A stretch of 64,000 bases of DNA from Verrucomicrobiota bacterium (GCA_039818205.1 JBCBUK010000013.1:1-64000); one strand, 5' to 3'; positions 1 to 9,448 are shown, counted from the first letter of the stretch. Made by a program: numbers and translations. Notes: generated from the sequence alone by a model not told the origin.

Positions 1-66
1 CCTGGCACCGCCGGCAGCCTAGAGCTGCATCCGACGTAGACCAGGCGAGGTGCGATGGTTCGCTTT

Positions 67-939
67 CTAGCCGAGTTCGAAGGTGGTGATTCCGAAGATT
101 TGGCTCCAGGGAAGGTCGGGCGTGGAACCATAGTACATGCGTGCGCAGCCGAAGACCTCTTTCATGTCGCGGTCGGCGGCGAGTTTGAATGTGGCCTCAT
201 TGACTTCCGGGATATCCCAGAAAATTGGTTCGCCAGCGGCTCGATCGGCAAGCGCATCGAGGAGTGCGGCGGCGATTTCGGCATCATCTGCGAAGAGTGG
301 CCCGATTTTGTAACCAATTTGGCATGAGCGAATTACGCCGTAGCCAACGATCTTTCCGTCTTTAACCGCGCCGAGAGCCAGGCCTGTTTTCGGGGTGATC
401 CACTGGCGCAGAAAGCGTTCGCGAGGAAATCCGAAGTGGGCGTGGTCGTAGGCCGCAATCGCATCGAAGGGCGCGGCGGATAGTTCGGTCAGGAAAGAGG
501 CGGGTTGGCTCGGGCGGCCAATTCCCTCCATCCTGAGGGATCGGTGGATAAACTGGAAGCCGCCTTTGGCATACCAATCCTGCATGGTGAAAACGCCATC
601 CATGCCGATCGGAGCACCTGGCTTGAGGCGGGCGGCTAAGGCATCGCGGCGGTGATACCACAGGCGTGTGCCGATGCCTTTGCCTCGGAGATCTGACCGA
701 ATGATGAAGAATCCCATGAACCCAAACTCCTGGCCATAGGCCACGATCGAGCCGGTTCCCACGACCTCGTCATCGAGGCAGGCGACGATATATCCGTCGG
801 GATCGGTATCCCAAAAAATGTCGGCGTCGTCCTTGCCGGGATTCCACCCTTCGGCGGTGGCCCAGGAAACGGCGAGATCCAGTTCGTCTCGTTGCATTGG
901 GCGGAAGCGCAACGCGTTCAACAGTGCCTCGTCTTGCAT
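67..939 (-). CDS. GNAT family N-acetyltransferase (YitH-like, two-domain)
   Basis: Acetyl-CoA motif 'FFIIRSDLRGKGIGTRLW' and second domain 'GYKIGPLFADD'. Likely start is ATG at 939 (MQDEALL); the ORF track extends to 1134. Confidence 0.85.
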   Translation of the reverse strand: MQDEALLNALRFRPMQRDELDLAVSWATAEGWNPGKDDADIFWDTDPDGYIVACLDDEVVGTGSIVAYGQEFGFMGFFIIRSDLRGKGIGTRLWYHRRDALAARLKPGAPIGMDGVFTMQDWYAKGGFQFIHRSLRMEGIGRPSQPASFLTELSAAPFDAIAAYDHAHFGFPRERFLRQWITPKTGLALGAVKDGKIVGYGVIRSCQIGYKIGPLFADDAEIAAALLDALADRAAGEPIFWDIPEVNEATFKLAADRDMKEVFGCARMYYGSTPDLPWSQIFGITTFELG

Positions 940-1061
940 TGATCGGAACATTGACAGAATATCTTGGCTTGGAAAACGGAAAAATCGGTTGGGGTCGGCG
1001 TCAGTATCTGAACGTGAACAGCGCATTTGACAAATGCGGATGAATTTGGCCATGTTGGACC

Positions 1062-2045
1062 ATGGCAGTAGCCCTTGATTACGAACCATTGGTATTCGCT
1101 CCGCGTGCGGAAGGCGATGCGCAGCTGAGTGCAATCCAGGAAGAGATCCTGGAGCTTAAGCGTGAGCGCAACGCGGTTATCCTGGCGCATAACTATCAGA
1201 TTGACCCGATTCAGCAGGTCGCCGATTACGTTGGGGATTCGCTAGGCTTGTCCTATCGTGCCGCGGAAGCCGACGCGGATGTCATTGTGTTCTGTGGCGT
1301 TCATTTCATGGCGGAGACGGCGAAGATTGTGAACCCGGGAAAGACGGTTCTATTGCCGGAGATGGAAGCGGGTTGCTCGCTTTCGGATAGTTGTCCGCCC
1401 GAGAAGCTGGAAGCTTATCAAAAGGCGAATCCGGGTCTTTACACGATAGCTTACATCAATTGTTCGGCGGGGGTGAAGGCTTTGAGTGATGTGATCTGCA
1501 CCAGTGGAAATGCCATGAAAATGGTAGAGAACATTCCGGCGGATCGCGAAATTCTTTTTGTTCCCGACCAGAATCTGGGCCAATGGGTGAGCAAGCAATT
1601 GGATCGCCCGATGCGTTTGTGGCCGGGGAGCTGTTACGCCCATGTGCTGTTCACGACGCGCGCCATTGAGAAGGTAAAGCTCAAGTTTCCGGGCGCGCCC
1701 GTGGTGGCGCACCCGGAATGTGTTGAGGCCGTCCGCGATTTGGCGGATGAGGTTTGCTCGACGGAGAAGATGGTTGGGTTCTGTCGGGAGCATCCCTCGG
1801 AAACGATTATTGTTGTGACCGAGACGGGCATGATCCATCGCCTCCAGCGCGAGATCCCGGAGAAGACTTTTGTCGCGGGGCCTACCGATACTTGTGCGTG
1901 TAATGACTGTCGCTATATGAAGATGAATACCGTCGAAAAGCTACGGGATTGCCTGCGCGATATGGCGCCGGAAATCACGATGGACGAGTCGCTGCGCGAG
2001 CGGGCCTACACGCCAATTAAGCGGATGCTCGATTGGTCACGCTAA
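1062..2045 (+). CDS. nadA: Quinolinate synthase
   Basis: Motifs 'ILAHNYQ', 'VFCGVHFMAETAK', 'AGCSL', 'YINCSA', 'AHPEC', 'CRYMKMNT'. Confidence 0.97.
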   Translation: MAVALDYEPLVFAPRAEGDAQLSAIQEEILELKRERNAVILAHNYQIDPIQQVADYVGDSLGLSYRAAEADADVIVFCGVHFMAETAKIVNPGKTVLLPEMEAGCSLSDSCPPEKLEAYQKANPGLYTIAYINCSAGVKALSDVICTSGNAMKMVENIPADREILFVPDQNLGQWVSKQLDRPMRLWPGSCYAHVLFTTRAIEKVKLKFPGAPVVAHPECVEAVRDLADEVCSTEKMVGFCREHPSETIIVVTETGMIHRLQREIPEKTFVAGPTDTCACNDCRYMKMNTVEKLRDCLRDMAPEITMDESLRERAYTPIKRMLDWSR

Positions 2046-2047
2046 GT

Positions 2048-3859
2048 TTAAAAGGGCGGATCAATACAGACGTAGTCGACGCGAATATCGATGTCGTTGG
2101 CGTTTGGGTCGCTGCTACTAATTGCGATATTTCGACGCGTGAAGGTTCGGTAGTTCTTCGTTAGCGGGATCGGTATCGATCGGTTCAGGCCGATCGATAC
2201 TGGCGGACCTGTTCCGACAATGGCCTGGTTTCCGCCGCCGGTGGTCGCTTCGATGTTCAGGTCTGCCGTGTTAAATGCAGTGCCGCTGGATTTGGCATAC
2301 GCGGTATCCAGCACGCTTTCCAAGGGGAGGATGCGACGAGTGGCATCGATCAGTTCTCGGTGGCCTGATCCGCCGTTGTAAGCATCGACACCGCGTTCTC
2401 GGATGAATCCATGCTGTTTGGGTTGTAAGTGAGCAACCCCGATTGCAGACGCGAGTCCATCGTGCTGATTGGGCCCGAGATCGTGTAACTGATAGCCGAT
2501 GCCAGCGTCAAGTGGATGGCAGGCGATCAGGTTTGCTGTTCCTTGCTTGGCAACCCAACCCGCGCTACCATCTTGTCTTAGCTCGCTGATGTCTTCCATC
2601 GATAAAGCTTTTTGATGCAAAGTAAACTCCGACAGTGAGCCCTTGAAGAAGTTCGAGGAGCCGTTGACGCTTCCTAGGAATAGGTTGTTAGGGTTACTGA
2701 GGCTGCCGATGGCTGAGGTGTCGCCGGTTGCGCTTAGTTGGCCATCGACATAGAGAGTTAAGCCATCGGATGCTCCAGGATTGCAAACCAATGCTAGGTG
2801 ATGCCATTGGTTGTCATTGTAAACTTGCGAGCTCGAGATGCCGTTGCCAATGCTCCCGTCGCTTAGGCTGGCCACAATGAGTCCGCTAGCGTCCAAACGA
2901 ATCTCGAAGAAGCTTGCGCTGGCGCCTTTGCGTAGGAGAACGCAATTGGAGTCTGCGGATCGAAAGGAGAGTGAGATCGACCAACTGCTGCTCATGGTTT
3001 GGTCGAATATCGGCCCGAAGTCTATTGTTCCGGTCGAGCCATCGAGGTAAACGCCATAGCGTGCTGAGGGTGTGAGGGCGGTGCTGCTCGGTATGATCTG
3101 TTGGTCAACGTAGGCCTTTACGCTACGCTGGGTTGGAACGTGAGTTGAGCTTTGCGAGGCAAAGTTGCCTTCATCGATCAGGTCGGCCGTCGCCGCAGTT
3201 CCGAGGCCAAGGTTGGACCTTGCGGTATCTGGATTACTGATATCTGCGAGGTTCTCACTCTGGCGTAGGAAGCGATCGTCGCTTTGAGTTGCCGTGTAGA
3301 ACTGCTGAATCTCACTTGTTGGTGGGCTCAGTTGGCTTTGCCCGCCTCCTAGAATTCGAATTGGGCCAGCGGCTACCGTTCGGACGCGGGATTCGCTGCC
3401 ATTGAGCGTAACGGAGATCGTCAGCCAGCGGTCGCCAGGAGCCAGCGCGGTATCGCTGGAGTCAAAAGTGATGACTGAGTGGGCCCGATCCTCTGCCAGA
3501 GAATCCCACTCCTCAAGGGTAAGGGTTGAGTCAATTGCGCTGGCAGACATTGTCTTCTGGACGATCGGGGCGATGTCGGCGGCTGGCCCACGAAGGTCGA
3601 TCTCTTCGAATGTGTCGACGTCGAAATCTTGTGGTTGCTCGGTGTGCATCGGCTTGATCTCAACGACGATCCGCTCAATGCTAGAGAGATCGCTTAGCAA
3701 TAATCCGTCGTTAAAGAACGCGATCTCGATCTGAGTCGTGTCACCGGAGCGGATTTTTGGGATGAAGTCGGGTATGTCGCTTCGAAGTTGGTCAGTAATG
3801 CTATCGAACTTGAAAAGGTCCGCAGCGATACGAATGCGTGCTGGTTGTATGAGGGACAT
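2048..3859 (-). CDS. Phage fibre/spike-like protein with LamG (concanavalin A-like) domain
   Basis: Tail-fibre repeat-like 'FLRQSENLADISNPDTARSNLGLG'; LamG hallmarks 'YNDNQWHHLALV', 'LTLYVDGQ', 'FFKGSLSEF'. Last gene of the phage module. Confidence 0.75.
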   Translation of the reverse strand: MSLIQPARIRIAADLFKFDSITDQLRSDIPDFIPKIRSGDTTQIEIAFFNDGLLLSDLSSIERIVVEIKPMHTEQPQDFDVDTFEEIDLRGPAADIAPIVQKTMSASAIDSTLTLEEWDSLAEDRAHSVITFDSSDTALAPGDRWLTISVTLNGSESRVRTVAAGPIRILGGGQSQLSPPTSEIQQFYTATQSDDRFLRQSENLADISNPDTARSNLGLGTAATADLIDEGNFASQSSTHVPTQRSVKAYVDQQIIPSSTALTPSARYGVYLDGSTGTIDFGPIFDQTMSSSWSISLSFRSADSNCVLLRKGASASFFEIRLDASGLIVASLSDGSIGNGISSSQVYNDNQWHHLALVCNPGASDGLTLYVDGQLSATGDTSAIGSLSNPNNLFLGSVNGSSNFFKGSLSEFTLHQKALSMEDISELRQDGSAGWVAKQGTANLIACHPLDAGIGYQLHDLGPNQHDGLASAIGVAHLQPKQHGFIRERGVDAYNGGSGHRELIDATRRILPLESVLDTAYAKSSGTAFNTADLNIEATTGGGNQAIVGTGPPVSIGLNRSIPIPLTKNYRTFTRRNIAISSSDPNANDIDIRVDYVCIDPPF

Positions 3860-3888
3860 GATGATTGTGTAAGCTTTGGAATGCAGAG

Positions 3889-4350
3889 TTAAAGGCCGGA
3901 AAGCTCGTCGCTTTTGATCTTCTTCTTGCGGTAGGAGAGGAGAGCGACTCCGACCGAACGGCTGGTGAAGGGCGTTGTTCTAGGATTGTCCGGGATGGAA
4001 ACCGGAAGATCTCCTCGCGAGATAGCAATCAGGCGGTCTAGTGCCTGGTCGATCAGGTCGTCGTGCTTCTCCGTCAGGGTGAAGCCAAGCAAGCGGCTTT
4101 CGAGGGATTGCAGGCACAGTATCGCTGCGGTTTGGAGGTGCTCCGGTGGCAGGTGTTCTGTGTTTTCGCTTAGTTGGTTAAGGGGGTTGTTCAGTATCGC
4201 TTCGCGGATGCGTTGTGTCGCAACTTGAGCTGCGATGATGAACGGGTCGCTACTTGATCCTTGGTTTGGGCGAACTAGAAACGCTTCGCGCTGAGCCGGT
4301 GAGAGCAGTGGTTGAAGGGCGTCGACTGAAAGGGATATCCAGGTGGTCAT
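3889..4350 (-). CDS. Mu gp36-like (DUF1320-like) head completion/adaptor protein
   Basis: 153 aa directly after the capsid gene; pattern 'LPPEH..A..L.L..L..RL...DQALDRLIAISRGDLPVSIP' typical of gp36-like proteins. Confidence 0.7.
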   Translation of the reverse strand: MTTWISLSVDALQPLLSPAQREAFLVRPNQGSSSDPFIIAAQVATQRIREAILNNPLNQLSENTEHLPPEHLQTAAILCLQSLESRLLGFTLTEKHDDLIDQALDRLIAISRGDLPVSIPDNPRTTPFTSRSVGVALLSYRKKKIKSDELSGL

Positions 4351-4378
4351 GGTGTGAACTTTGTATTGAAGAGTTAGT

Positions 4379-4410
4379 GCAGGTAGCGTCGAATGCTCGA
4401 CGCCACCTGC
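4379..4410 (-). terminator. 14-bp stem-loop just downstream of the major capsid gene (mRNA stabiliser or weak terminator)
   Basis: Minus strand GCAGGTGGCGTCGA-gcat-TCGACGCTACCTGC with one G-U pair; no U-tract follows. Confidence 0.55.
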
Positions 4411-4417
4411 TGGAGGG

Positions 4418-5341
4418 CTAGGAAGAGGAAACGTTTAGTTTTCGGACTCCGAGGCTGCTGGTGGCAATGACGGTGCTGTAGTGTTCGACTGTGAGGTCGG
4501 TGAACTTCGTGTGTTCGTCACGGTAGACGCGGTAGGCGCCGTTATCCGTTGGTGTAATGAATCGCTTCAGGTTTGAGGGTTCATCTTTGCTGAGGGTCTG
4601 TTGGCCATAGAATGCAAAGATGGAGTTGCCGACGACGCGGTTCTTGGTGGTTGCGGAGTGTTGGTAGCGCGTTGAAAGGACGCGGATGTCTTCCAGGAAC
4701 AACTTCTGAGCCAGGTCGGTTGTGGTGTAGCTTGCTCCGGCGTTGGCGCCCGCATTGTTCTGGCTCTCGTATGCTGACGCTCGGAGATCCCAGGCGCCTT
4801 CCCCAAGAATGACGCGGTTGGGCCGGATGCCGGACTCGTCGGTCGCAGTGATTAGTTCGGAGCGCAGGTCGCCATCCGGGTTGCTGGAGTTGTTCCAGAT
4901 TACGTTGGAGCTGGCAGCGACGTTATCGAGCACGTTGATCGCGCGACGAAGTTCGTTGCGGAGAAGCCGTTGCAGGAGGACTTGGACGGTTCGCTCCTCC
5001 CAGTCGTCGGAGGTTATCTCGTCGTGATCGACACGCACCGTCAGCCCCTTGTTGAGGGTTTTGGATTGAACGCTTTTACCGGTATATTCTACCCGCTTGA
5101 ATGCGCTTCCGATTGCACGGACGTCGTCGGTTTCGGAGAAGAAGGCCTCGGCGTTGTCGGCGCGTTTGAACTCAAAACGCCTGCCAACGGAGATGCTTGG
5201 CGCGACGAAGTCGAGTAACGATGCCAGGTTCTCTGGGTCTCGCCAGCCGACAGTAAACGCGGTGAGCGCTTCGCTAAAGTGAGCGGCGTTGAACCGGCTT
5301 TCGTTGGCAACTTGAATTTCGTTGTTTGCAGTTGTGGTCAT
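4418..5341 (-). CDS. Major capsid protein (HK97 fold predicted)
   Basis: 307 aa, after protease and cement and before gp36-like. 'GIRPNRVILGEGAW' resembles the PNxxxxG segment of Mu/lambda-type capsid proteins; followed by a hairpin. Confidence 0.75.
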   Translation of the reverse strand: MTTTANNEIQVANESRFNAAHFSEALTAFTVGWRDPENLASLLDFVAPSISVGRRFEFKRADNAEAFFSETDDVRAIGSAFKRVEYTGKSVQSKTLNKGLTVRVDHDEITSDDWEERTVQVLLQRLLRNELRRAINVLDNVAASSNVIWNNSSNPDGDLRSELITATDESGIRPNRVILGEGAWDLRASAYESQNNAGANAGASYTTTDLAQKLFLEDIRVLSTRYQHSATTKNRVVGNSIFAFYGQQTLSKDEPSNLKRFITPTDNGAYRVYRDEHTKFTDLTVEHYSTVIATSSLGVRKLNVSSS

Positions 5342-5373
5342 AATTTTGAATCTTTCTGGTTGTTGGTTTGGAG

Positions 5374-5916
5374 TTAAGATAGGGCGATGATCTTGTCTGG
5401 TGCGGCTTCAAGCGCGGTGCCGAGGTTCGCGACATCAGTGCCGGCGTTGCCGCTGAATGCTGCGACGATGGCAGTTTTGCGGGGAGTGCTGGCCGCGACC
5501 TCGATTGGTTGGTTGTCGCCACTGGTTGCGGTAAGTGCGTGCCCGACAAAGTAAGCGATGCCTGGGCTGTTTGGTTGGTTTTGGACTTTTCCGGAGGCGG
5601 CCGTATAGACCTCGCTGCCTGCGGCGATCGGCTCGCGTGCAACCATGATGATGGTGGTTGACGAGCCGCTTAGTAGCTGAACGTTGACCGGATCGCCGAC
5701 GCTCCCTTGGTCGTTTACAACGCCAACTGGAAAGTCGGTTGTGCCGCAGGCTTCGATCTGGCTTTCGCTCGATCCATAAGTGACGAGTAGGTTCCTGCTA
5801 TCGAGAGCGTCCTCAAGAGTTCGAGTTATGCTGCCGGCGTGAGTGCCAACTGCGACGTTCGCGAAGACGGGTTTGCGGCGGAATAGCTGCTTGATGAACT
5901 TGATAATTGATTTCAT
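5374..5916 (-). CDS. Capsid cement/decoration protein (DUF2190-like)
   Basis: 'PVGVVND..GDPVNVQLL', 'MVAREPIAAGSEVYTAASGKV', 'VGHALTA..DNQPIEV'; between protease and capsid. Probable start MKSIIKF at 5916. Confidence 0.7.
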   Translation of the reverse strand: MKSIIKFIKQLFRRKPVFANVAVGTHAGSITRTLEDALDSRNLLVTYGSSESQIEACGTTDFPVGVVNDQGSVGDPVNVQLLSGSSTTIIMVAREPIAAGSEVYTAASGKVQNQPNSPGIAYFVGHALTATSGDNQPIEVAASTPRKTAIVAAFSGNAGTDVANLGTALEAAPDKIIALS

Positions 5917-5977
5917 AGTTTTTGGTAGTTGATGGTGGTTGTTGGATGAGTGCACACGGGCATAGTGCCCGACTGCG

Positions 5978-6865
5978 TTAGAAAATGTTTTCGCTGTCGA
6001 AGAGCTCTGGCTGCTGGCTTTTGAGCTTGCTCCACGCGGTGGTGAAATCTTCCCCGGTTTTGACTACTCGATCGTTGACCAATGCTAAGAGGTCGTTGCT
6101 TGGGTTCGTGGAGTTGCACGCCTGTCGCAAGTTGGCGGTGATTGTTGCCGTCTTAACAACTGTATCTCGTTCGTTGAGCTTGGTGCGGGTGGCATCAAAG
6201 TCGGTTGAAAGGTCGTTCTCCCAGTGGACACGTTCGTTTGGTGCGATGTAGCCCTCGATGACTGCGGTATCTATGAGCTCGGTGATTGCGCGTTCCTGCT
6301 GCTCGATGGTAACTTGCTTTGGTGGGCCACTTGGAAACCAATCGCCATCTTGTATGTCGGCAAGTTTGGGAGTTTCGTTTGCGATCACGTCCCCGGGAAT
6401 GTTAGGATGATTGGTAAGGCCGATTGAGATCAACCGGGTGGGTCGGTAGCTGCCGTCGAGGTTCTCTCCCATTGCCCAACGGGGGGAGACGTGTTTGTAG
6501 AATGCATTGCGAAGGAGGTTCTTTCCTTCGTAAGACCAGCGAGGGAGGCCGTAGAGGCCGTTTTGGCGGGCTTCGAGATCAACAATCCAGGCATAGGCTC
6601 GAGTGTCGGTATGTCCGCTTTGTCCGGAAAAGTTTGCGTCGTCAGGGTGTCCGATGAAGACTGGTAGCCCGCCGAACTTGCGTGCAAGCCGTCCGCGAAT
6701 CGATTTGAAGTATTGAACAATTTCTCTGGCGGAGGTCTGATCGAAGCGCTGGAGTCCCTGTTCGTGTGGCCAGTCGCCGTACTCCGCGATGCATATCCAG
6801 GTACGAGGGCAAAGGTTGTTTGAGGGGATCTCGGTCGTGTATCCGTTGTTTATGTTATGATTCAT
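5978..6865 (-). CDS. Mu gpI-like prohead protease with C-terminal scaffold region
   Basis: 'PVFIGHPD', 'AYAWIVDLEAR..GLY', 'YKHVSPRW', 'LISIGLTNHPNI' (Mu-like protease family). Confidence 0.88.
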   Translation of the reverse strand: MNHNINNGYTTEIPSNNLCPRTWICIAEYGDWPHEQGLQRFDQTSAREIVQYFKSIRGRLARKFGGLPVFIGHPDDANFSGQSGHTDTRAYAWIVDLEARQNGLYGLPRWSYEGKNLLRNAFYKHVSPRWAMGENLDGSYRPTRLISIGLTNHPNIPGDVIANETPKLADIQDGDWFPSGPPKQVTIEQQERAITELIDTAVIEGYIAPNERVHWENDLSTDFDATRTKLNERDTVVKTATITANLRQACNSTNPSNDLLALVNDRVVKTGEDFTTAWSKLKSQQPELFDSENIF

Positions 6866-6872
6866 TGCTTTG

Positions 6873-8048
6873 TTACTTTGTGGTGCAGAGTTTTGTGTTG
6901 ATGATGGCTTGGATCAGCTCGACGATTTTGTTTGGGAGCGTTTGCGTTAGTGCCTCGAAGTTGCTTGGGTTTTGTTGCGTCGTTTCTTGCGATTCTGGCG
7001 GGAGAATCCTTATGGTGGCATGCGGCTCTTCGTTGAAGAGATGTTTGATTACATAGCGATCGACTTGCTTGTTGAGCGTCTCGGAGAGCTGGATAATGTC
7101 GTCCCGCTCGATGAGTGCGGTTTCCCGGGCCTGGAGAGAGATGCCGGCTCCGTTCTCAGTGATGGTTCCCATGGGAGCGCCTCGCCAAAGAGTGGCGATT
7201 GCTTGGTCCATCCGGTTGATCAGTTCGGGATAGGGAAGGGAGCCGCTGCTGGAGAGATCGATTGCTTGAATATCTGTTCCGTGAGACATCAGGGCATTGA
7301 ACTCTGCGCCAAAGGATTGGACGGCCTCTCGGGCGGCGTCCCACTCTGCTGAACCGGGCGTGGCGTCGGTAGTCCCACGAACACCGGGCATTCCGTTGCG
7401 CTCGCAGTAGACGAGCCAGTCGCGTAGCGGTAGGTGTTTGAACAGGTAGGCAATTGAGCTGGCTTCCATGAGGCCTTCGCCGGTCGTTACCATCCATTCG
7501 CCTTCATTAAGTGACTCGGCTCTCGTTTGGCTCTGGTCGGTTTGAAATCGCAATCGGCCCGTCGAGTTTTCGAAGAACCAAAGTGGCACGAAGCGAAACG
7601 AAGCAGTAAGCATGGGCTCCTGGCCGGCTCTTGGCTCCCAGACGATCTCGTGGACTGCGTAGTGTTTTCCGACAGCATCCATCATCTGGGTGAGTAATAG
7701 GTTTAGACCGCCCCGCTGGTTCTCATCGACAGCGTTGGTGCAGTTAAGGCTTCGGTAGAAGTGTTCGAGGGCGGCTTTGTGTTGCAAAGCTTTTGGGGAG
7801 TTGCTGTGGGTCGTTATCTCCCAGCCGAAGCGTCCGGGGCTCTTTTTTCTTTTGCTAGAGACGGCTTTGATGATGTCGTCTCGCTGTTCAATGGTTTCCC
7901 AAAGCCTGGCGGCTTCAGCGAGATTGCCGGAGTGGAATGAGTCGAGTTTCCGAATCAAGCTTTCCGGGGAAAGTGAGCGGACTGGGTTGAATGCGCTGCG
8001 TCTACTTTTGAGTAGTCGCGAATTTGGTAGCTGTGTGTGAGTTTTCAT
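6873..8048 (-). CDS. Portal protein (Mu gp29/DUF935-like)
   Basis: 'MMDAVGKHYAVHEIVW', 'DWLVYCERNGMPGVRG'; directly after TerL. Confidence 0.88.
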   Translation of the reverse strand: MKTHTQLPNSRLLKSRRSAFNPVRSLSPESLIRKLDSFHSGNLAEAARLWETIEQRDDIIKAVSSKRKKSPGRFGWEITTHSNSPKALQHKAALEHFYRSLNCTNAVDENQRGGLNLLLTQMMDAVGKHYAVHEIVWEPRAGQEPMLTASFRFVPLWFFENSTGRLRFQTDQSQTRAESLNEGEWMVTTGEGLMEASSIAYLFKHLPLRDWLVYCERNGMPGVRGTTDATPGSAEWDAAREAVQSFGAEFNALMSHGTDIQAIDLSSSGSLPYPELINRMDQAIATLWRGAPMGTITENGAGISLQARETALIERDDIIQLSETLNKQVDRYVIKHLFNEEPHATIRILPPESQETTQQNPSNFEALTQTLPNKIVELIQAIINTKLCTTK

Positions 8049-8062
8049 GGTTGAGTTGACGG

Positions 8063-9448
8063 TTAGCGGTGGTTGTGGCGAAAGGGCGCAATGGGTTCGA
8101 AATGGGTCGCTTGTGTAGGTTGGTTCGTGGCGTGGAGGGCGAGGGCGAGTGCCCAGAATCGGTCACCGTGTCCAAATGCGGAACGGCTTGCGGCCAATCG
8201 AACATTTCCTGCTTGGGTTGTTTGCTTCTTTACTGAGCGGAGATCCGCGCGGATCTCTTTGTCTCCTGGGATTCGAATGCGACGGGCTTCAAAGGCGGAT
8301 CTCAGGGGATAGGCGAGGGCTTCCTTGGTTGCGGCGGTGAAGGTGATGCCTTCGATGAGGTATTTGCCATAGCGTTGACGGGCGCGCTCGGTGAACTGTC
8401 GCCCAATGCCGGTTTGGTCGATACAAACCCGACGAAGTCCTTTCAGCTTAAGGAACTTATGAAGAACAGCTTCCTGTTGATCGAATGGCTCTTGGGCGAG
8501 GCATGTAACTTTGCGTGAGAAAGTAAAATCGTTCAGTTTTTCAATGAGCCAGAAAACCGTGAGATCGTTGTCCCGTCCGATATCGACTCCCAGGTAGTAG
8601 GTAGCGCCTTCGCGTTGGAACCCGGAGATTCGATTGGTTGGCGAGAGCCGAAGTTCCCATTTTTCTTCTTCAGCATACTCGGCGGCCCTGATAAGGTCCC
8701 AGGAGAGGAAAGCGGTTTGATCGTCTGCTGGCTGGCAACAATATTCTTGTTGGAAGGATTCCTCGTCGGCGCAACTTTGCCGCACAGAGTTGAAATAGTC
8801 GCCACGATCCATTTCTTGCCGAGGATCGTCGACCGGGAGGCGAGATTGAAGTCGTTCAAGGAATCCGTCCTCGAGGGCATCTTCGAGTGTTACACGGTGA
8901 AGCGAGATGCCTTTTCGGTTGTCGCCGTGACGCGCTTCGTTGACGAGACTATTGAAGTAGTTGTGTGCTCCGCGGTGGGTGGAAATGATCTCGAGTTGCC
9001 CGCCCCAAGTTGTTCCGGGTTGTGCAATTGAATAGAGTTGGCGGGGGTTTGTATGAAGTGCAAACTCGTCGAGTACCCGGTGTCCCCGTTTGCCGGCCTG
9101 GGCGTCGGGGCTGCTGGTTAATGAATGGATTTGGGTTCTGTTGGCTAGTGTTAATCGTTCACTGTGATTGCGTTGATTTGATTCGAGGGTCGGCGTTGCT
9201 AAGTGAATGGCTTCAGCGAACAGTTGGCAGTCATTGAGGAAAAGCTTTGCCTGCACCGCATCACGGGAGGCAACCCAAGTGTCGTGATGTTGCCCTGTGG
9301 TGCAACTGCGGCGGACGCAGTTATAGGCAGTAGCCCATGAGATGCCGACCTGGCGTGACTTTTCCATGATCTTGATTGGCGAGCGGTCTTCGATCCACCG
9401 ACGTTGGTAAGGTAGAAACAGTGGTTGTTGTGCTAGTGGTTGACTCAT
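8063..9448 (-). CDS. Terminase large subunit (Mu gp28-like)
   Basis: 'FLPYQRRW', Walker A 'EKSRQVGISW', Walker B 'RVLDEFA', motif III 'ISTHRG', nuclease 'LGVDIGR', 'CIDQTGIG', 'GHGDRFWALALA'. Confidence 0.95.
   Translation of the reverse strand: MSQPLAQQPLFLPYQRRWIEDRSPIKIMEKSRQVGISWATAYNCVRRSCTTGQHHDTWVASRDAVQAKLFLNDCQLFAEAIHLATPTLESNQRNHSERLTLANRTQIHSLTSSPDAQAGKRGHRVLDEFALHTNPRQLYSIAQPGTTWGGQLEIISTHRGAHNYFNSLVNEARHGDNRKGISLHRVTLEDALEDGFLERLQSRLPVDDPRQEMDRGDYFNSVRQSCADEESFQQEYCCQPADDQTAFLSWDLIRAAEYAEEEKWELRLSPTNRISGFQREGATYYLGVDIGRDNDLTVFWLIEKLNDFTFSRKVTCLAQEPFDQQEAVLHKFLKLKGLRRVCIDQTGIGRQFTERARQRYGKYLIEGITFTAATKEALAYPLRSAFEARRIRIPGDKEIRADLRSVKKQTTQAGNVRLAASRSAFGHGDRFWALALALHATNQPTQATHFEPIAPFRHNHR

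Noticed and set aside
4418..5341. Encapsulin nanocompartment interpretation of the capsid gene
   Set aside because: Portal, terminase and prohead protease indicate a DNA-packaging head, not an encapsulin.
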